Assembly: GCA_000091205.1 (NCBI GenBank) | Contig: AP006490.2 | Origin: Cyanidioschyzon merolae | Taxonomy: Eukaryota | DNA: 64,000 nucleotides | Strand: one strand, 5' to 3' | Part shown: positions 10,675 to 21,487 of the stretch, piece after piece | Position numbering within the stretch: the stretch's first letter is position 1 | How the letters are laid out: every line of letters starts with the position of its first letter | Notes under the pieces: model-generated | Seen by the model: only the letters and a program-made list of their open reading frames with translations | The model's database searches: none | What the model was told of the DNA's origin: nothing | Translations under genes and position numbers: made by a program

Positions 10675-11330
10675 CTCCGCATGAATCTATAATGTGGGGA
10701 GTATCGGGCATTCGCAATTTTTTTTTCAGTGAGTTGAGTGCCTTGAAGGAGGATGAAAGTCAAAGGCTCGTAGTAGCGTACGAAGCAAGGCGCTGGACGA
10801 CCCAACAAGGGTGTACACCAGATCCCACGACGAGAACGTATACGGAGTGCGCAAGGCGTTTTGTTATAATACCGGTAGATGGATTTCGAGCATTGTATAC
10901 ACACCATGAACTGGGCTGTACACTTCAGAGGGTCGAGATGGAAAAGTGCCAGCGGGGACCTGAGGATATAAAAAAAGTACGGACCGCTGACAGAAGAGCA
11001 AATGGAAAGGATAGCGAAAGTTCGAGGATTGCTTGCGTTAGTAAGTACAATCAACGGCAAGAAACGTATGGAGTTTGTGAACCGAGACTTTAACGCCGCA
11101 ATCAATATAAGGAAATGTGCGGTGAGAGAGGAAAGACCTCTCGGGTCGACGAGAGAGAATTTTGGAGGAAAACCGCTCAAAGTTAAACTATATGAGAAAA
11201 AGTTTGAAGCAGTAGTAGGTGGCCGGTCCAAAAAGACGGGCAGGCTTCTGCACATCAGTCGGAGACATTTCTTCTAGGGCGGCCCGGTCGCCACTACTGT
11301 ACACCGCTGGCGTCGTTCGCCTCCTGAACA
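10675..11330 (+). mobile_element. TnpB/Fanzor-like element, copy 2: 3' fragment only, inverted relative to copy 1
   Basis: ORFs 10692-11093 and 11002-11277 align with the C-terminal ~190 aa of copy 1 (FFFSELSALKEDESQRLVVAYEARRW...ARRFVIIPVDGFRALYTHHELGC... / MEFVNRDFNAAINIRKCAV) at roughly 75% identity. DNA homology begins near 10675 and continues about 50 bp past the stop. The frameshift between the two ORFs is a +1 in an A7 run near 10968. Confidence 0.7.
10692..11277 (+). pseudogene. C-terminal fragment of Fanzor/TnpB-like nuclease (zinc-finger lead-in plus RuvC-III motif NRDFNAAINI), frameshifted
   Basis: Same evidence as the copy 2 element; the fragment lacks the RuvC-I region. Confidence 0.6.
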
Positions 11331-11375
11331 GCGTTCGGTGTCGGCGATGGCGATGGCGATGGCTTTCCAGGCTCC

Positions 11376-12950
11376 CTAAAACAATTTGTTGAACACCTGC
11401 AAACCTAATTCGATAGCGATGAGCGCTACAATTGCTCTTTCAACGCGATGGGTGGTAGAGGTCGCCAGTTCACTATTCAGCAGCGCTAAAGAATCCTGTA
11501 CAATATCCATGCGCTTATCCAAAAGTCGTGCTCGCTTCTGTAGATCAACAACCTGAACACTCTGATTATAAACAGTTTCACTGCTGGGGTACTCCCAGAA
11601 AATCTCCGGGGTATCCAGGATATCTGAGAGCAGTGCGACCGAGTATTTGGCGGTGAGAAGCTGACCGATGCGTCGACGAAGATCGTCTTGGGCCACTGTG
11701 CGGAAGCGCCCGTATTTCGCGAGCTCTTCCGGCAGGCGTCGCGTCTCTTCCACCAGTCGATCAATGCTCAGCTCAAATACGAGCAATTTAACGCTCTGTG
11801 CGAGCCCAAAAGAGATCGCGAGCATACTCAAAGCGTCCGCATAATCATGCAGAAAAATACGGTCGTTGCGGAACTGAGTCAGCGAGTTGGGTATGCGCTC
11901 TTGATTTCGAGACAGCGGCGCCTGCAGCGCTGGACGAAGCTTCGCACGACCAAGGGCAGACGGCATCGGCAGTGCATGCTCAGCGGTCGCCAATCGATTC
12001 GGGGAGGCTGGCGCTGCGCTCGCCGCAAGTGCGGCACCCCCAGAGGGCGAAGTTCCATCCGGTGCATCGCTTAGAGTGTCGGTGCTGGACTGTGCGCTGT
12101 CCATGAGGTATGAAAATTCAAACTCATGGTCGAACTCCTCGAAGGTGACATTGGAATTGTAGCCGGGTTGTATGTCGCATCGACGTGCCAAGCGCAGCAA
12201 CTCCCGCCGCGTCTCCTCGTCCACATCCCAGAACACTGCTGCGCCTGACTCGAAGAAAAACACATGACCATCGGCATGTGGCATTCGGACCTGCTCCTGA
12301 CGAGTCGCAGGCCGCACCCGACAATGCAGTACGTCCCGGGAAAGGGTACTCGCATCCACGGTGGTGACCAGTGGGACCGAGCGAAGCAGGTCGCGCAGTT
12401 CTTCCAAGCGATACCCCGAAGCGAGGCAGTAAGCAGCACATATGCGTACTGCCTCGCCAGACGACCCGGAACGGGCCTTTGTTTTCCGCTGTTTATGAAC
12501 CCGCAGTGTGCTAGGCGAGCTTGGCGGTGGAGGCGGCGGCGGCGGTGGTGCAGCGGGCGTCGAGATGCCACCAACATCGACAACACTCGCCGTCGCCAGC
12601 GCTGCAACCTGTAAAGCAGTGCCGTGCGACTGCATCGCTGCAGTGCACGGCGTGTCGGCAGGCACATGGACACGCAACCACCACTGCGTGTGTTTTCTAA
12701 GGTAACTGGACAGCGTCCGCTTCTGAAGCGAATCCGTCCATGTTCGCCGGAATCCATTGGACGGGTAACCTAGATCTGAAGAGAAGCGAGCTTGCAGCTG
12801 CAAGATCCAGTTAATTCCCCCCTGTCGTCTGCACGCTTCACCAGAGCTGGTGGTCGAACACGTTCCAGCCCAGCGCCCGAGCCGCTGGTGCCGCAGTATC
12901 GCGCAGCAGCGCCCCGCAGTTCGTACAGCGCCTATTAATGCAGAGTTCAT
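11376..12950 (-). CDS. RMND1: RMND1/Sif2-family protein (DUF155, mitochondrial translation/meiosis-associated)
   Basis: DUF155 signature HVFFFESGAAVFWDVDEETRRELLRLA, and the family-typical C-terminal amphipathic/TM segment (RVERAIVALIAIELGLQVFNKLF). Confidence 0.7.
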   Translation of the reverse strand: MNSALIGAVRTAGRCCAILRHQRLGRWAGTCSTTSSGEACRRQGGINWILQLQARFSSDLGYPSNGFRRTWTDSLQKRTLSSYLRKHTQWWLRVHVPADTPCTAAMQSHGTALQVAALATASVVDVGGISTPAAPPPPPPPPPSSPSTLRVHKQRKTKARSGSSGEAVRICAAYCLASGYRLEELRDLLRSVPLVTTVDASTLSRDVLHCRVRPATRQEQVRMPHADGHVFFFESGAAVFWDVDEETRRELLRLARRCDIQPGYNSNVTFEEFDHEFEFSYLMDSAQSSTDTLSDAPDGTSPSGGAALAASAAPASPNRLATAEHALPMPSALGRAKLRPALQAPLSRNQERIPNSLTQFRNDRIFLHDYADALSMLAISFGLAQSVKLLVFELSIDRLVEETRRLPEELAKYGRFRTVAQDDLRRRIGQLLTAKYSVALLSDILDTPEIFWEYPSSETVYNQSVQVVDLQKRARLLDKRMDIVQDSLALLNSELATSTTHRVERAIVALIAIELGLQVFNKLF

Positions 12951-14473
12951 GCTGCGCTGTTCCCATTCACGAAAACTAGAGCGAAAGCTTCACAGGTACC
13001 TTCGCTGGTCGGGAGCGTCCAGACCCGCACTCGCAAGCGGGCAGCACAGCAACTACCCAGGCGAAGGCCCTTCTGGGTACCGCTGTGGTATACGCGCGCG
13101 TACGCCGCGCACAGGCGACGCCTTCGTCGACAACCAGTATCACGACCTTCTTAGACGCCCTGGTTGCACGGCAGCTGTTTTTTTGGGCGCGGCTTCACGA
13201 CAAACTGCTTCGCTGTTTTACGGATTGAGTCTACTGCTAAACTTTGTTATAGCTGTACAGTGCTATCGTCGTTTTCGCTCCAGCTGTGTGTGTGTGTGTT
13301 TTTGGTGTTAGCGGTGTTGCATTCAGTGTAACGGTTTCGAGTGCACGAACACTATGGGGTATTCGAAAAAGTCTAGTCTCAACGGTTTCATCGACACGCC
13401 GACAGTCTAGCTGCTGGTAAGTATTTCCAATTGAAAGGGGCACCTGTGCGTTTTCATGGCTTTTGGCTCGAGAACGCTTAACCCGCCTTGACGACTGCAG
13501 TTTGTGTGCCATGTCTCTCAAAAAAGTTCAATGGAGGCACAGTCGACTGATACTTTTGTATTGCGTGGACGGTCAGGGACCCCGCGTACAAGGACGCTAC
13601 CGTAGCTACCGACACTGCCGTTTTCCAACATCGAAGCATGCGCTGGTTGTCTGATGTGCACAGGCAAGGGTGCAGTGCAAGCACAAAGTGGCGAGCGTTC
13701 TATTCGCGGATCTGTAGAGAGCTTTACAGAACCTGCAATGTATAAAGCGTTTTTTCACATCATTTTATTCGCATTCTAGCTTCCAGGGCGATTTCAGGGC
13801 GAGTACCTGCATCTGAACGTTCATGAGTCCATGAGAACGTTCTCGCATCCGACTACTGGATGCGAAGCATGCGATGCGCAGTCTCACCAGCGCCGGACTT
13901 CGACCAGTTTCAGGACGAAGATGTATACGAATCCAAGACTGGATGTTGCCGCAACGTGTTCCGCTTCCAAGTTCGCATGCGACTCGCAGTGACTGGCAAG
14001 CATCATGCGGCCGGTGACGGTCGGCAATCGTTCCTTGAGCGTGTGCATTTCCGGTGAATCCTCCAGCGCCATTCATGGCGATGTTCCGACTCGCATCATC
14101 CGCAAATTATAGGTTCTGAACCTAAATAAACATGCATCGATGCGGAATGAAGCGCGTGAGAACTGCAAGCATCCAACGTGACTGCCACACCTGCGTACCG
14201 ATACCTCTCTAGGCCCTCTATACTTGAATCAGGACATGCCTGGTTCCAAGATGTCGATGCTTCAACCAAACCCGTTGCTAAAACTCAGAAAACACACAAA
14301 ACAACGTCTCCCAAATGCTCGGCACGACATGACGACTTTCTGGACCATAAGCACCAATGTTAGGATGGACACGTTCAGTGCCCTGAGCTGCTCACGAGTA
14401 TTGCTGCCGGGATCAGAGCCGGCATCATCGCCGTCTAGGAACATGCGTCACCAAGCGCATTCTCAGTAGAGCT

Positions 14474-16948
14474 CTAATCCACGAGCGCATAGATATCACC
14501 GCGCTGCGTGCCGTAAACGATACCCTGCACAAGCTGGGGGTAATTCGCAGAATACATCGGCAGAAACAGGGCGCAGTTAATCCCATCCACTTCCTCGAAA
14601 GATCTCCAGTCAAGAGCAGTCGAGGCATCTCCGGGTGCAATGCCAGCATGTGGCCTCGCTGCCGGGATCGATCGGAGGCAGTGCATGGACCCCGTGCGCA
14701 GGTCCGCTTCAAACAAGTCCAAAATAGGTCTCATTTCAGCTGCTTCCAGCGTTTCCGAGTGTGTCATACTCTCCCGATAACTGTAACCCGCTAGAAAATA
14801 GATTCGATCCCTGTCGGGCGATACCTTCCCGAACCCAGTATTCGGGGATGGTACAAACCGTAGATTCGTCAACGCCCTCGTATGACATGCATCCAGGGGC
14901 ATACGAGCCCGTTCTCGAAGCTCAACTGAAGAAACCGCACCATCGATACTGGTTAAAAAACACGAATCAAGGACAGGAGATTTTCGCGCTTGTCCCGATA
15001 CCGCAGAAACAGGTAGGATCTCATAGATAACGATGTGCGCGACAAAGGTTGAGGCACCACCACTGGGAACACGTTCCTGGGCAGCACGTACCCAAACGTT
15101 CCGCGACTCCAAGCCTGCTGGGGCATGTGCGGTATCAGGTACTGGGGAGCGCACTGCGCTTCGAGGTACGCCGGCTCCATGCGAGCGAGGCGCGCTGCGC
15201 TCGGTGCCACTGTGGAGGCTGCTCGCGTGGCTATCGCTCGGACAGTGGGGCGGTGGTCGGCGTAGCTGTGACTGCAGGATGCAGACGAGCAGATACCGAC
15301 CATCCGTGGATACGCTGATACCCGCCTCGTTGTATGCGACGACCTGAGGTATTTTGCCGATCAAGACTCCAGGGCACAATGTATTGCACACGGGCGTGCT
15401 GCGGCTTCTCTGGAAGCCGTAGCCGCTGCCACCAACGTCACCATTACTACTACTGTTGGGAGCGCTGTCGATATATCTCAGCGGCTCTTCTCTCAGCTGG
15501 TACAGCTGAATATCAAGGGTGAATGGAGCGGCCGCCACACGGAAAAGTTCCGCTTCCTGTTCCGTGGAGAGCACCGGTGAACGCGTCCCAACAAGCAGGA
15601 TGGAGGCCCCTGCGAGTGCATTCACCAAATGAATTGGTACGCCTAGGTAATAGCAGGCAGAGCGCTGCTGCGAGTCCTCTACCAGGGTTTCGTCGGTGGA
15701 TTCAGCGGGATGCCGCTCAGGCCGCCCCGCAGTTACTCGCTGCATGTCCATAGGGTGCTGCGCGCTGAGGTCAGCTTCATCTGCGTTTTCGTTCGAACGT
15801 GCATTCTGAATCTGCCGGCTAGCGTGGCGTGCTCGCCGAGTTCCCACGATCCCTGCCACTGAACTGGACCCAACGGCTTGCCGTTGTCGCTCTCGGTCCG
15901 GAGGCCAGGGAAAGCGTGAAGCGCTCCCCAGGGAAGTCTGGAAGCTTGCAGCGTCACCAGCGAGCGCCCCTGAACGACCAGCGCCGATCGTATCGAAAGA
16001 TGCAGCGGTGTCGAGCGTGCTCGCTGTGGCAACGCTCGAGGCGCGCGTATCTCCCCGAGTCACTCGATCCTCCAGAGCAGTGCGCGTATGGATATGAGCT
16101 TCACGACCCGCACTGTAAGTCGACGCTCCCACGAGCACTCTGTTCGTATTGGTCGTTTGCCCAGCAGCTGCAGACCGACGCCCTCGATCTCCGTACAAAG
16201 CATGACGCGGAGAGGGCTCTCGTGTGGCCGCAGTACCCGCTCCAATCATCGGTCTTGTCATCGTTCGAAGAAGTGTTCGCGACCAGAGCGTCCGCCGCCA
16301 TTGCCAGAAAAAGAGCGACCGTCGCGCAGCAATGATGACGACTTCCCCAGACGGATCAAAAACCACACAACTGATGCTGGATGGTCCATATTCCGGGAAG
16401 AAGGCAAAGTTCTCCGGGTGCTGTTCACTTACAGTGTATCGCGCTACACATTGATCACGATACCAGACGTAACAGTGACCTCCGAGGCAACCGCTCACCA
16501 TGAGGTCGGAGTCACGCGGGTGAAAATGCACACTCCACGGAGTACGCGGATGACCGTACAATTCAGCGCTTAATTCGAGTGAGAACGAGCAGCCAGTATC
16601 CTGGCACAGTTCACGTACTTGCGAGGATTCCGGGCGCGCATTCTCCGTTTCTCCTCGACGTATTCGATAGGTCCGCACTACATGGTCACCATGCGTCGAT
16701 GCGAGCCTGGTTCCATCGGCAGAAAGACTCAGCGCGATGGTGCTACGAACGTGCTCAGCTCCGTGGCGGTTCGTCGCGATTCGAATGCGGCGCTGTAATC
16801 GCTTTTGCAAGAGAAAGCGCTCCCAGTTCAGCGCGTGTTCCCGGGTATCAGGAGCAGCTTTTGATGGAGGTGTGAGGTGCAGCTCATTGCAGACCCTCTT
16901 TGCGGGTCGGAATTCCACTTCTCGGTGTTCTGTCCAGGTCGTCAACAT
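14474..16948 (-). CDS. WD40-repeat protein (824 aa) with long low-complexity middle region; family uncertain (AMBRA1/DCAF-like?)
   Basis: WD-like units (LSLSADGTRLASTHGDHVVRTYRI; HFHPRDSDLMVSGCLGGHCYVWY; VVFDPSGEVVIIAARRSLFFWQW) at the N-terminus and a beta-propeller-like C-terminus; long single ORF. Confidence 0.5.
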   Translation of the reverse strand: MLTTWTEHREVEFRPAKRVCNELHLTPPSKAAPDTREHALNWERFLLQKRLQRRIRIATNRHGAEHVRSTIALSLSADGTRLASTHGDHVVRTYRIRRGETENARPESSQVRELCQDTGCSFSLELSAELYGHPRTPWSVHFHPRDSDLMVSGCLGGHCYVWYRDQCVARYTVSEQHPENFAFFPEYGPSSISCVVFDPSGEVVIIAARRSLFFWQWRRTLWSRTLLRTMTRPMIGAGTAATREPSPRHALYGDRGRRSAAAGQTTNTNRVLVGASTYSAGREAHIHTRTALEDRVTRGDTRASSVATASTLDTAASFDTIGAGRSGALAGDAASFQTSLGSASRFPWPPDRERQRQAVGSSSVAGIVGTRRARHASRQIQNARSNENADEADLSAQHPMDMQRVTAGRPERHPAESTDETLVEDSQQRSACYYLGVPIHLVNALAGASILLVGTRSPVLSTEQEAELFRVAAAPFTLDIQLYQLREEPLRYIDSAPNSSSNGDVGGSGYGFQRSRSTPVCNTLCPGVLIGKIPQVVAYNEAGISVSTDGRYLLVCILQSQLRRPPPHCPSDSHASSLHSGTERSAPRSHGAGVPRSAVRSPVPDTAHAPAGLESRNVWVRAAQERVPSGGASTFVAHIVIYEILPVSAVSGQARKSPVLDSCFLTSIDGAVSSVELRERARMPLDACHTRALTNLRFVPSPNTGFGKVSPDRDRIYFLAGYSYRESMTHSETLEAAEMRPILDLFEADLRTGSMHCLRSIPAARPHAGIAPGDASTALDWRSFEEVDGINCALFLPMYSANYPQLVQGIVYGTQRGDIYALVD

Positions 16949-18036
16949 GTCGCAGGTGCGCGTACGTCAGAACTAGAATGTGCGCACCAGGCTGCGCGTA
17001 AACTGCAACCCACTAGTTCCCCAGTATGACCTGTTATCGCAGAATATAGAGAGCGCAGCGCTACACAAGGAGCTTCTAGCCTTTACGTCCCGGTCGACGG
17101 CGAGCAACGCGTCGTACGTGGCTTCTGCACCGAGGCCAGAACGAGTCCCCAAATGGAAAGACTGGGCGCTTTGGAAAAAGGTGCTTGGCTTAAGATTCCC
17201 AGTAAACTGTAGAACGCAGCAGACAAGTTCGAATCAGTATACACACAGTTGGAAACAGCAGCGTTGCTAGAATCGCGCCGCTGGAACACCAGCAGCCGCG
17301 AATGCCACTAGCGCCACCACCAGCTATACCCACTCTGGCCAGGAAGCCACGCGATGGACACCACTCCCCGAGCAGGTACACCTACCAGCACGAACTTGAA
17401 GCGTCCCGTGGTGCCTATTGAAAACGACTGATCTCCGGGACGCCCACCAGCAAGTCGCTGTACGATGTTTATCGCAGACGTGTTTTAGAGCGCAGGGTCG
17501 CACCGGGATCACCCGCTTCGCTTCACCGGGAGGCTCGAAGCGTACCTCTCACCACGAGAAGGCCATCGTAGCCGACTGTGCGTTAAATCTATATCGAGTT
17601 CGTGTCTGCTACTACTACTACTGCTGCTGCTACTGCTCCAGTTGCGGCGAGCCCCGCACACCCTAGATAAATGCTATCCCCGTTGACGCAGCGGGTGCTT
17701 GCCAGGGCTGCGCACCAGCGATACGGCGCTTTCGGCCACAAGTTCGGCGTTGCATTGGTGCGTTACTGCAGCTCAACTACTTGAACACGAACCTGAGGTG
17801 TTTGGGCGCCGACGTGCTTGTCGTACGACGCGTCAAGGCCTTGATATTCTTGGGAACTTGAGGGCTGTTTGAGAGCAAGAGCGTCTTTCCGGAAGCGTGC
17901 CTTGGGAAACGAACGCTGCACCCTGCTGCGATTGCAGTTGAAAAAAAGGTGAGTGCGTCGGCACGTATCGGAGTTTTAACGCATCCCTGGCGGTATTCAT
18001 TAGATCTCGGAAGAAGCGCTATTCTTTTGGGCAGTC

Positions 18037-18828
18037 ATGGCGCACCAGACAGCGGAAGTTCTTCGTCGCGTGCCGACAGAGGAACTCCTCAAGGAACTGG
18101 AACGAAGGGAGGCAACACGAGGAACCAACAAGCAGCAGCAGCAGCGACTTGTGCTGATTGGACCTCCTGGAAGCGGCAAGGGGACGCAAGCCTCTTTCTT
18201 GAGGGAGCGACTCTGCTTATGTCAGTTGGCAACCGGTGACCTTTTGCGGAATGCTGTTGCTCAAGGCACAGAGCTCGGAAAGGAAGCGAAGAAAGTTATG
18301 GAGGCAGGTGGCCTCGTAAGCGATCAAATCGTGCTGGGACTGGTTCGTGAGAACCTCCGCAGACCAGAGTGTAAGAACGGTTTCATCCTAGATGGATTTC
18401 CGAGAACACTGGAGCAGGCTCGGAAGCTGGATGAACTGCTTGCCACTGACGGTATCGGACCCTTGAGCGCTGTGCTGAACTTCGCCGTTCCAGATGAACT
18501 GCTGAAGCGTCGGATTCTTGGGCGATGGGTCCATCCGGCGAGTGGACGGACGTATCATGAAGAGTTTCACCCGCCAAAGGTGCCCATGCGAGACGATGAA
18601 ACTGGTGAACCGCTGGTGCAACGCTCTGACGATCAGCCGGATGTGCTCGTGAAGAGACTAGCGGCCTTCCACGCCAGCACGAAACCGGTGCTCGATTACT
18701 ACGAAAAACGAGGTATTCTGCATCAGATCGATGCGAGCAAAAGTATACCGCAAGTACGCCAGCAGCTTAGTGAAGTCCTGAGCGTTGATCTATCCGATAA
18801 CACGGAACGCGCAGAGGCCAATGGCTGA
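18037..18828 (+). CDS. AK: Adenylate kinase, long-LID (AK2-like) type
   Basis: P-loop LIGPPGSGKGTQ, NMP-binding GDLLR, FILDGFPRT, and a long LID insert (GRWVHPASGRTYHEEFHPPKVPMRDDETGEPLVQRSDDQ). Confidence 0.9.
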   Translation: MAHQTAEVLRRVPTEELLKELERREATRGTNKQQQQRLVLIGPPGSGKGTQASFLRERLCLCQLATGDLLRNAVAQGTELGKEAKKVMEAGGLVSDQIVLGLVRENLRRPECKNGFILDGFPRTLEQARKLDELLATDGIGPLSAVLNFAVPDELLKRRILGRWVHPASGRTYHEEFHPPKVPMRDDETGEPLVQRSDDQPDVLVKRLAAFHASTKPVLDYYEKRGILHQIDASKSIPQVRQQLSEVLSVDLSDNTERAEANG

Positions 18829-19212
18829 GCGCCTGAATGGCGCAATGCCGAGCTGCACGATGTTGCACTGACTAGGATAGGTCGAGAAACTCATAAAGCG
18901 TACCCAAAGCGTACCAACCGAAAGGAGTAATGTCAAGCTGCATGACGTTGTGCGAATGAGAATGTATCGGGACATGCATCAAAAGCGCTGAATTGGCCGC
19001 AACGACATTGAAAGTTCCACGGCCTGAGGGAAGCTCACGAAAACTCAACCCAATGCATGCATGCTAATAGCAACGTGCTTTCAGTCTGAACAAGTTTGCG
19101 AAGCTGCTCGTATCGTTGGCTGATTTATGCATCATCTGCATTCACTCTTGTAGCGTGAACGACCAAGCGAAGCACACAGGATGCTGCACACCAATCCAAT
19201 GCGAATCGTTTA

Positions 19213-19368
19213 ACCGATCGTTTATGCTCAGCATCAATGTTCATTTTATGGGCGTATACATTCCAAGCGTACGGGATGTGTCTCCGTGGATACCGATCGT
19301 TTATGCTCAGCATCAATGTCAATTTGATGGGCATATACATTCCCAGCAAAAGGGGTGTGTTTCCGTGG
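19213..19368. repeat. Tandem duplication, ~79 bp x2
   Basis: accgatcgtttatgctcagcatcaatgt...tccgtgga occurs twice head-to-tail. Confidence 0.6.
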
Positions 19369-19879
19369 ACTCGACTATCTAAGGTAATGTTGGTATCAAA
19401 GCGCAGATGATTCCTCTCCCCACCAAAGAAAGACCTGTGCACGTGCATGCGTTCCCGGAACCGCATCGATAGCATCACTGCACACCAGGGGATCCTATCG
19501 GCGCCACGGAACCGGCATTATCCCGCTGGTGCCAATACTCGCCAAGAAGAAAACCCATCCTCATAGAGCGCTCCACCTATAATCGATCCGACTTTGTCGC
19601 GATGGACCAGGATGCTCTCGTCTCATGGGCGTTCCCTACTGGTAGTCGAATGCGAATCGACTTGGTCATGCTCAGCCACAGAGCTCCAGTGATTAACGTG
19701 ATGCCACTAATGTGTGTGTATGCCAATCAGCCTCGCCTGCAAACGCGCAACTGGAGCGCTTCGAATCCCTGGTGCGATGCCACCAGAGTGAGCATACGCA
19801 ATTGCATGCACAACTCTTGGACTCCGTCCTTCCAGCAAAGCGCCAGCTTCCTCCTATCGTGTCGTACTGGCGGTGAATT

Positions 19880-21487
19880 TCAGGGTAGAGCCTCACACCA
19901 AGCAATGCCTCGATATGAGACGATACCCTGCTCGATATCTTCGACGCAGGCTAGAGTCGCACGCTTTTTCGTGGCAACGCCTAAACGACCTGCGCTAATG
20001 ATATCTCGCGGGCGTAGTATGTCGTTTTTGTTGAGGACGATCACGCAGAGACCCGCATGAAAAAGACATGGATCATGCGCATATGCTAGAAAATCCGCAC
20101 CAAACTTGTGTCCGCTGGTTAGGTAGAATCCTCGGCGCCAAAGATCGCGGAAAACGAGGAAACGAGGTGAGCGCGTGATGCTGCGCCAGAATTCATGCCC
20201 GTAAACATTGGTATGATCAAGCAATACCGTTTCCGCCGTGTCTGCATTGAGGACTTCAAAAGGCGCCCTCTCGGTATGGATTCGAATTCGATACGGTCGT
20301 ACGCGCTTTGAATCCGCTGCGCTCTGAAGCGTCGCCTCTCCCTGGGGTTTGGATGAACGCGCATGTTGTACTGCACTCGCTGGAACTGTTTCCCAGTCGC
20401 GTGACTCAGAGCGATAGCGCTGACTCAAAACGCTGGATGTGAGCACGTACGCAGTACTCTGCCAACAAGCTCTCGAGGCGAGCCAAACCCGCCGAAAGAC
20501 TCCGAGCAGAGATTCCATGTGGACGTGCGAGAGCAAGCGCGCAGCTGTTCGAATGGGATCCACGTTTTGCAAGAAGCGTGGTCGCTTTCTCGGAGGTGAA
20601 GGCTGGCCAGCATCTTCACACAGCGGCACGTCTTGAGCAGTTGCGGAGCCCTCGCATAACTCGTCGGCCGCCTGGTAATGTCCATGGACGATGCATTCAC
20701 CGGAATGAGGCCGCTTTCTTGCTGCTGTTTGGCCGAAGCGTTTACGCTCGCGTGCGATTCTCCACTCTTCGGCAGCCATGAACTGTAGCCTTCTCTGTTC
20801 TGCAAGCTTCGCTTCGGCGGCCAATTGCTCTAGCCGACTCGTCTCCCGTTCGCTTTCAAACGCCTGACGCAGCTCAGGCGTACAGCCGCGATACCGCGTC
20901 CAGGGAGCCTCCTCGAGGGTAATAAAGCCCTCGGTCAATCCGAGTGCCACCTCAACTACATCCAGCGCCAGAGGTAAACCGAGAAACTGGTTTTGTCCGA
21001 CGTGATTCGCTGCACAGCCGACCAATTCGCCGATAATTCGGTGAACAGAGCGCAGCTGCTCGGCTTCGCGAATGGACCAGACGAAGAACGCCCCAGGCCC
21101 ACTAGAGACGACGCGAACGCTTTGAGAACTTGTTCGTATTCTAGTATCTGCCTCAGAAGTTTCCAAACTCTGGACACTTGGATACATCACACGCTCCGTA
21201 AGCAAGCTCCCAGCACCCTTCGCACTGTAGAGGTCAAGCACGGCGTCCTGGTGCTTTGCCTCGAGATCCACGCGATCACGATCTTTATTCAAGTGCCGAG
21301 TAGATACCCTAATATATCCCAAAACACGCAGTGTTTGCGCACGATAGAGCTTAGGCCTGTTCCAAGCCGTCGTAATAGCTCCACCCACAAGCACAGACCA
21401 AAGCTCTGGATATAGACGCGCTGGTCTGCGTCTTGACGGATGGGTTGCACCCCGCCGCACTGGGACGCTAGCACTCGACGACATCAA
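19880..21487 (-). CDS. SEN: tRNA-splicing endonuclease subunit (Sen2/Sen34-type catalytic domain) with long N-terminal extension
   Basis: C-terminal catalytic-domain pattern YLTSGHKFGADFLAYAHDPCLFHAGLCVIV matches the tRNA-intron endonuclease G-KFG-DFL-Y-DP...H signature. The N-terminal ~350 aa have no recognisable domain. Confidence 0.65.
   Translation of the reverse strand: MMSSSASVPVRRGATHPSRRRPARLYPELWSVLVGGAITTAWNRPKLYRAQTLRVLGYIRVSTRHLNKDRDRVDLEAKHQDAVLDLYSAKGAGSLLTERVMYPSVQSLETSEADTRIRTSSQSVRVVSSGPGAFFVWSIREAEQLRSVHRIIGELVGCAANHVGQNQFLGLPLALDVVEVALGLTEGFITLEEAPWTRYRGCTPELRQAFESERETSRLEQLAAEAKLAEQRRLQFMAAEEWRIARERKRFGQTAARKRPHSGECIVHGHYQAADELCEGSATAQDVPLCEDAGQPSPPRKRPRFLQNVDPIRTAARLLSHVHMESLLGVFRRVWLASRACWQSTAYVLTSSVLSQRYRSESRDWETVPASAVQHARSSKPQGEATLQSAADSKRVRPYRIRIHTERAPFEVLNADTAETVLLDHTNVYGHEFWRSITRSPRFLVFRDLWRRGFYLTSGHKFGADFLAYAHDPCLFHAGLCVIVLNKNDILRPRDIISAGRLGVATKKRATLACVEDIEQGIVSYRGIAWCEALP

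Noticed and set aside
6252-11330. Bacterial IS200/IS605 contamination as the source of the TnpB-like sequences
   Set aside because: The copies are embedded between unambiguous eukaryotic single-copy genes (UBE2H, SulP, RMND1) on one contiguous GC-uniform sequence.
12071-12757. 228-aa ORF 12071-12757 (minus) and other long ORFs overlapping real genes in other frames (for example 16088-16573, 29826-30335, 43288-44040)
   Set aside because: They overlap well-supported CDSs out of frame, and long open frames of this kind arise by chance in ~60% GC DNA.
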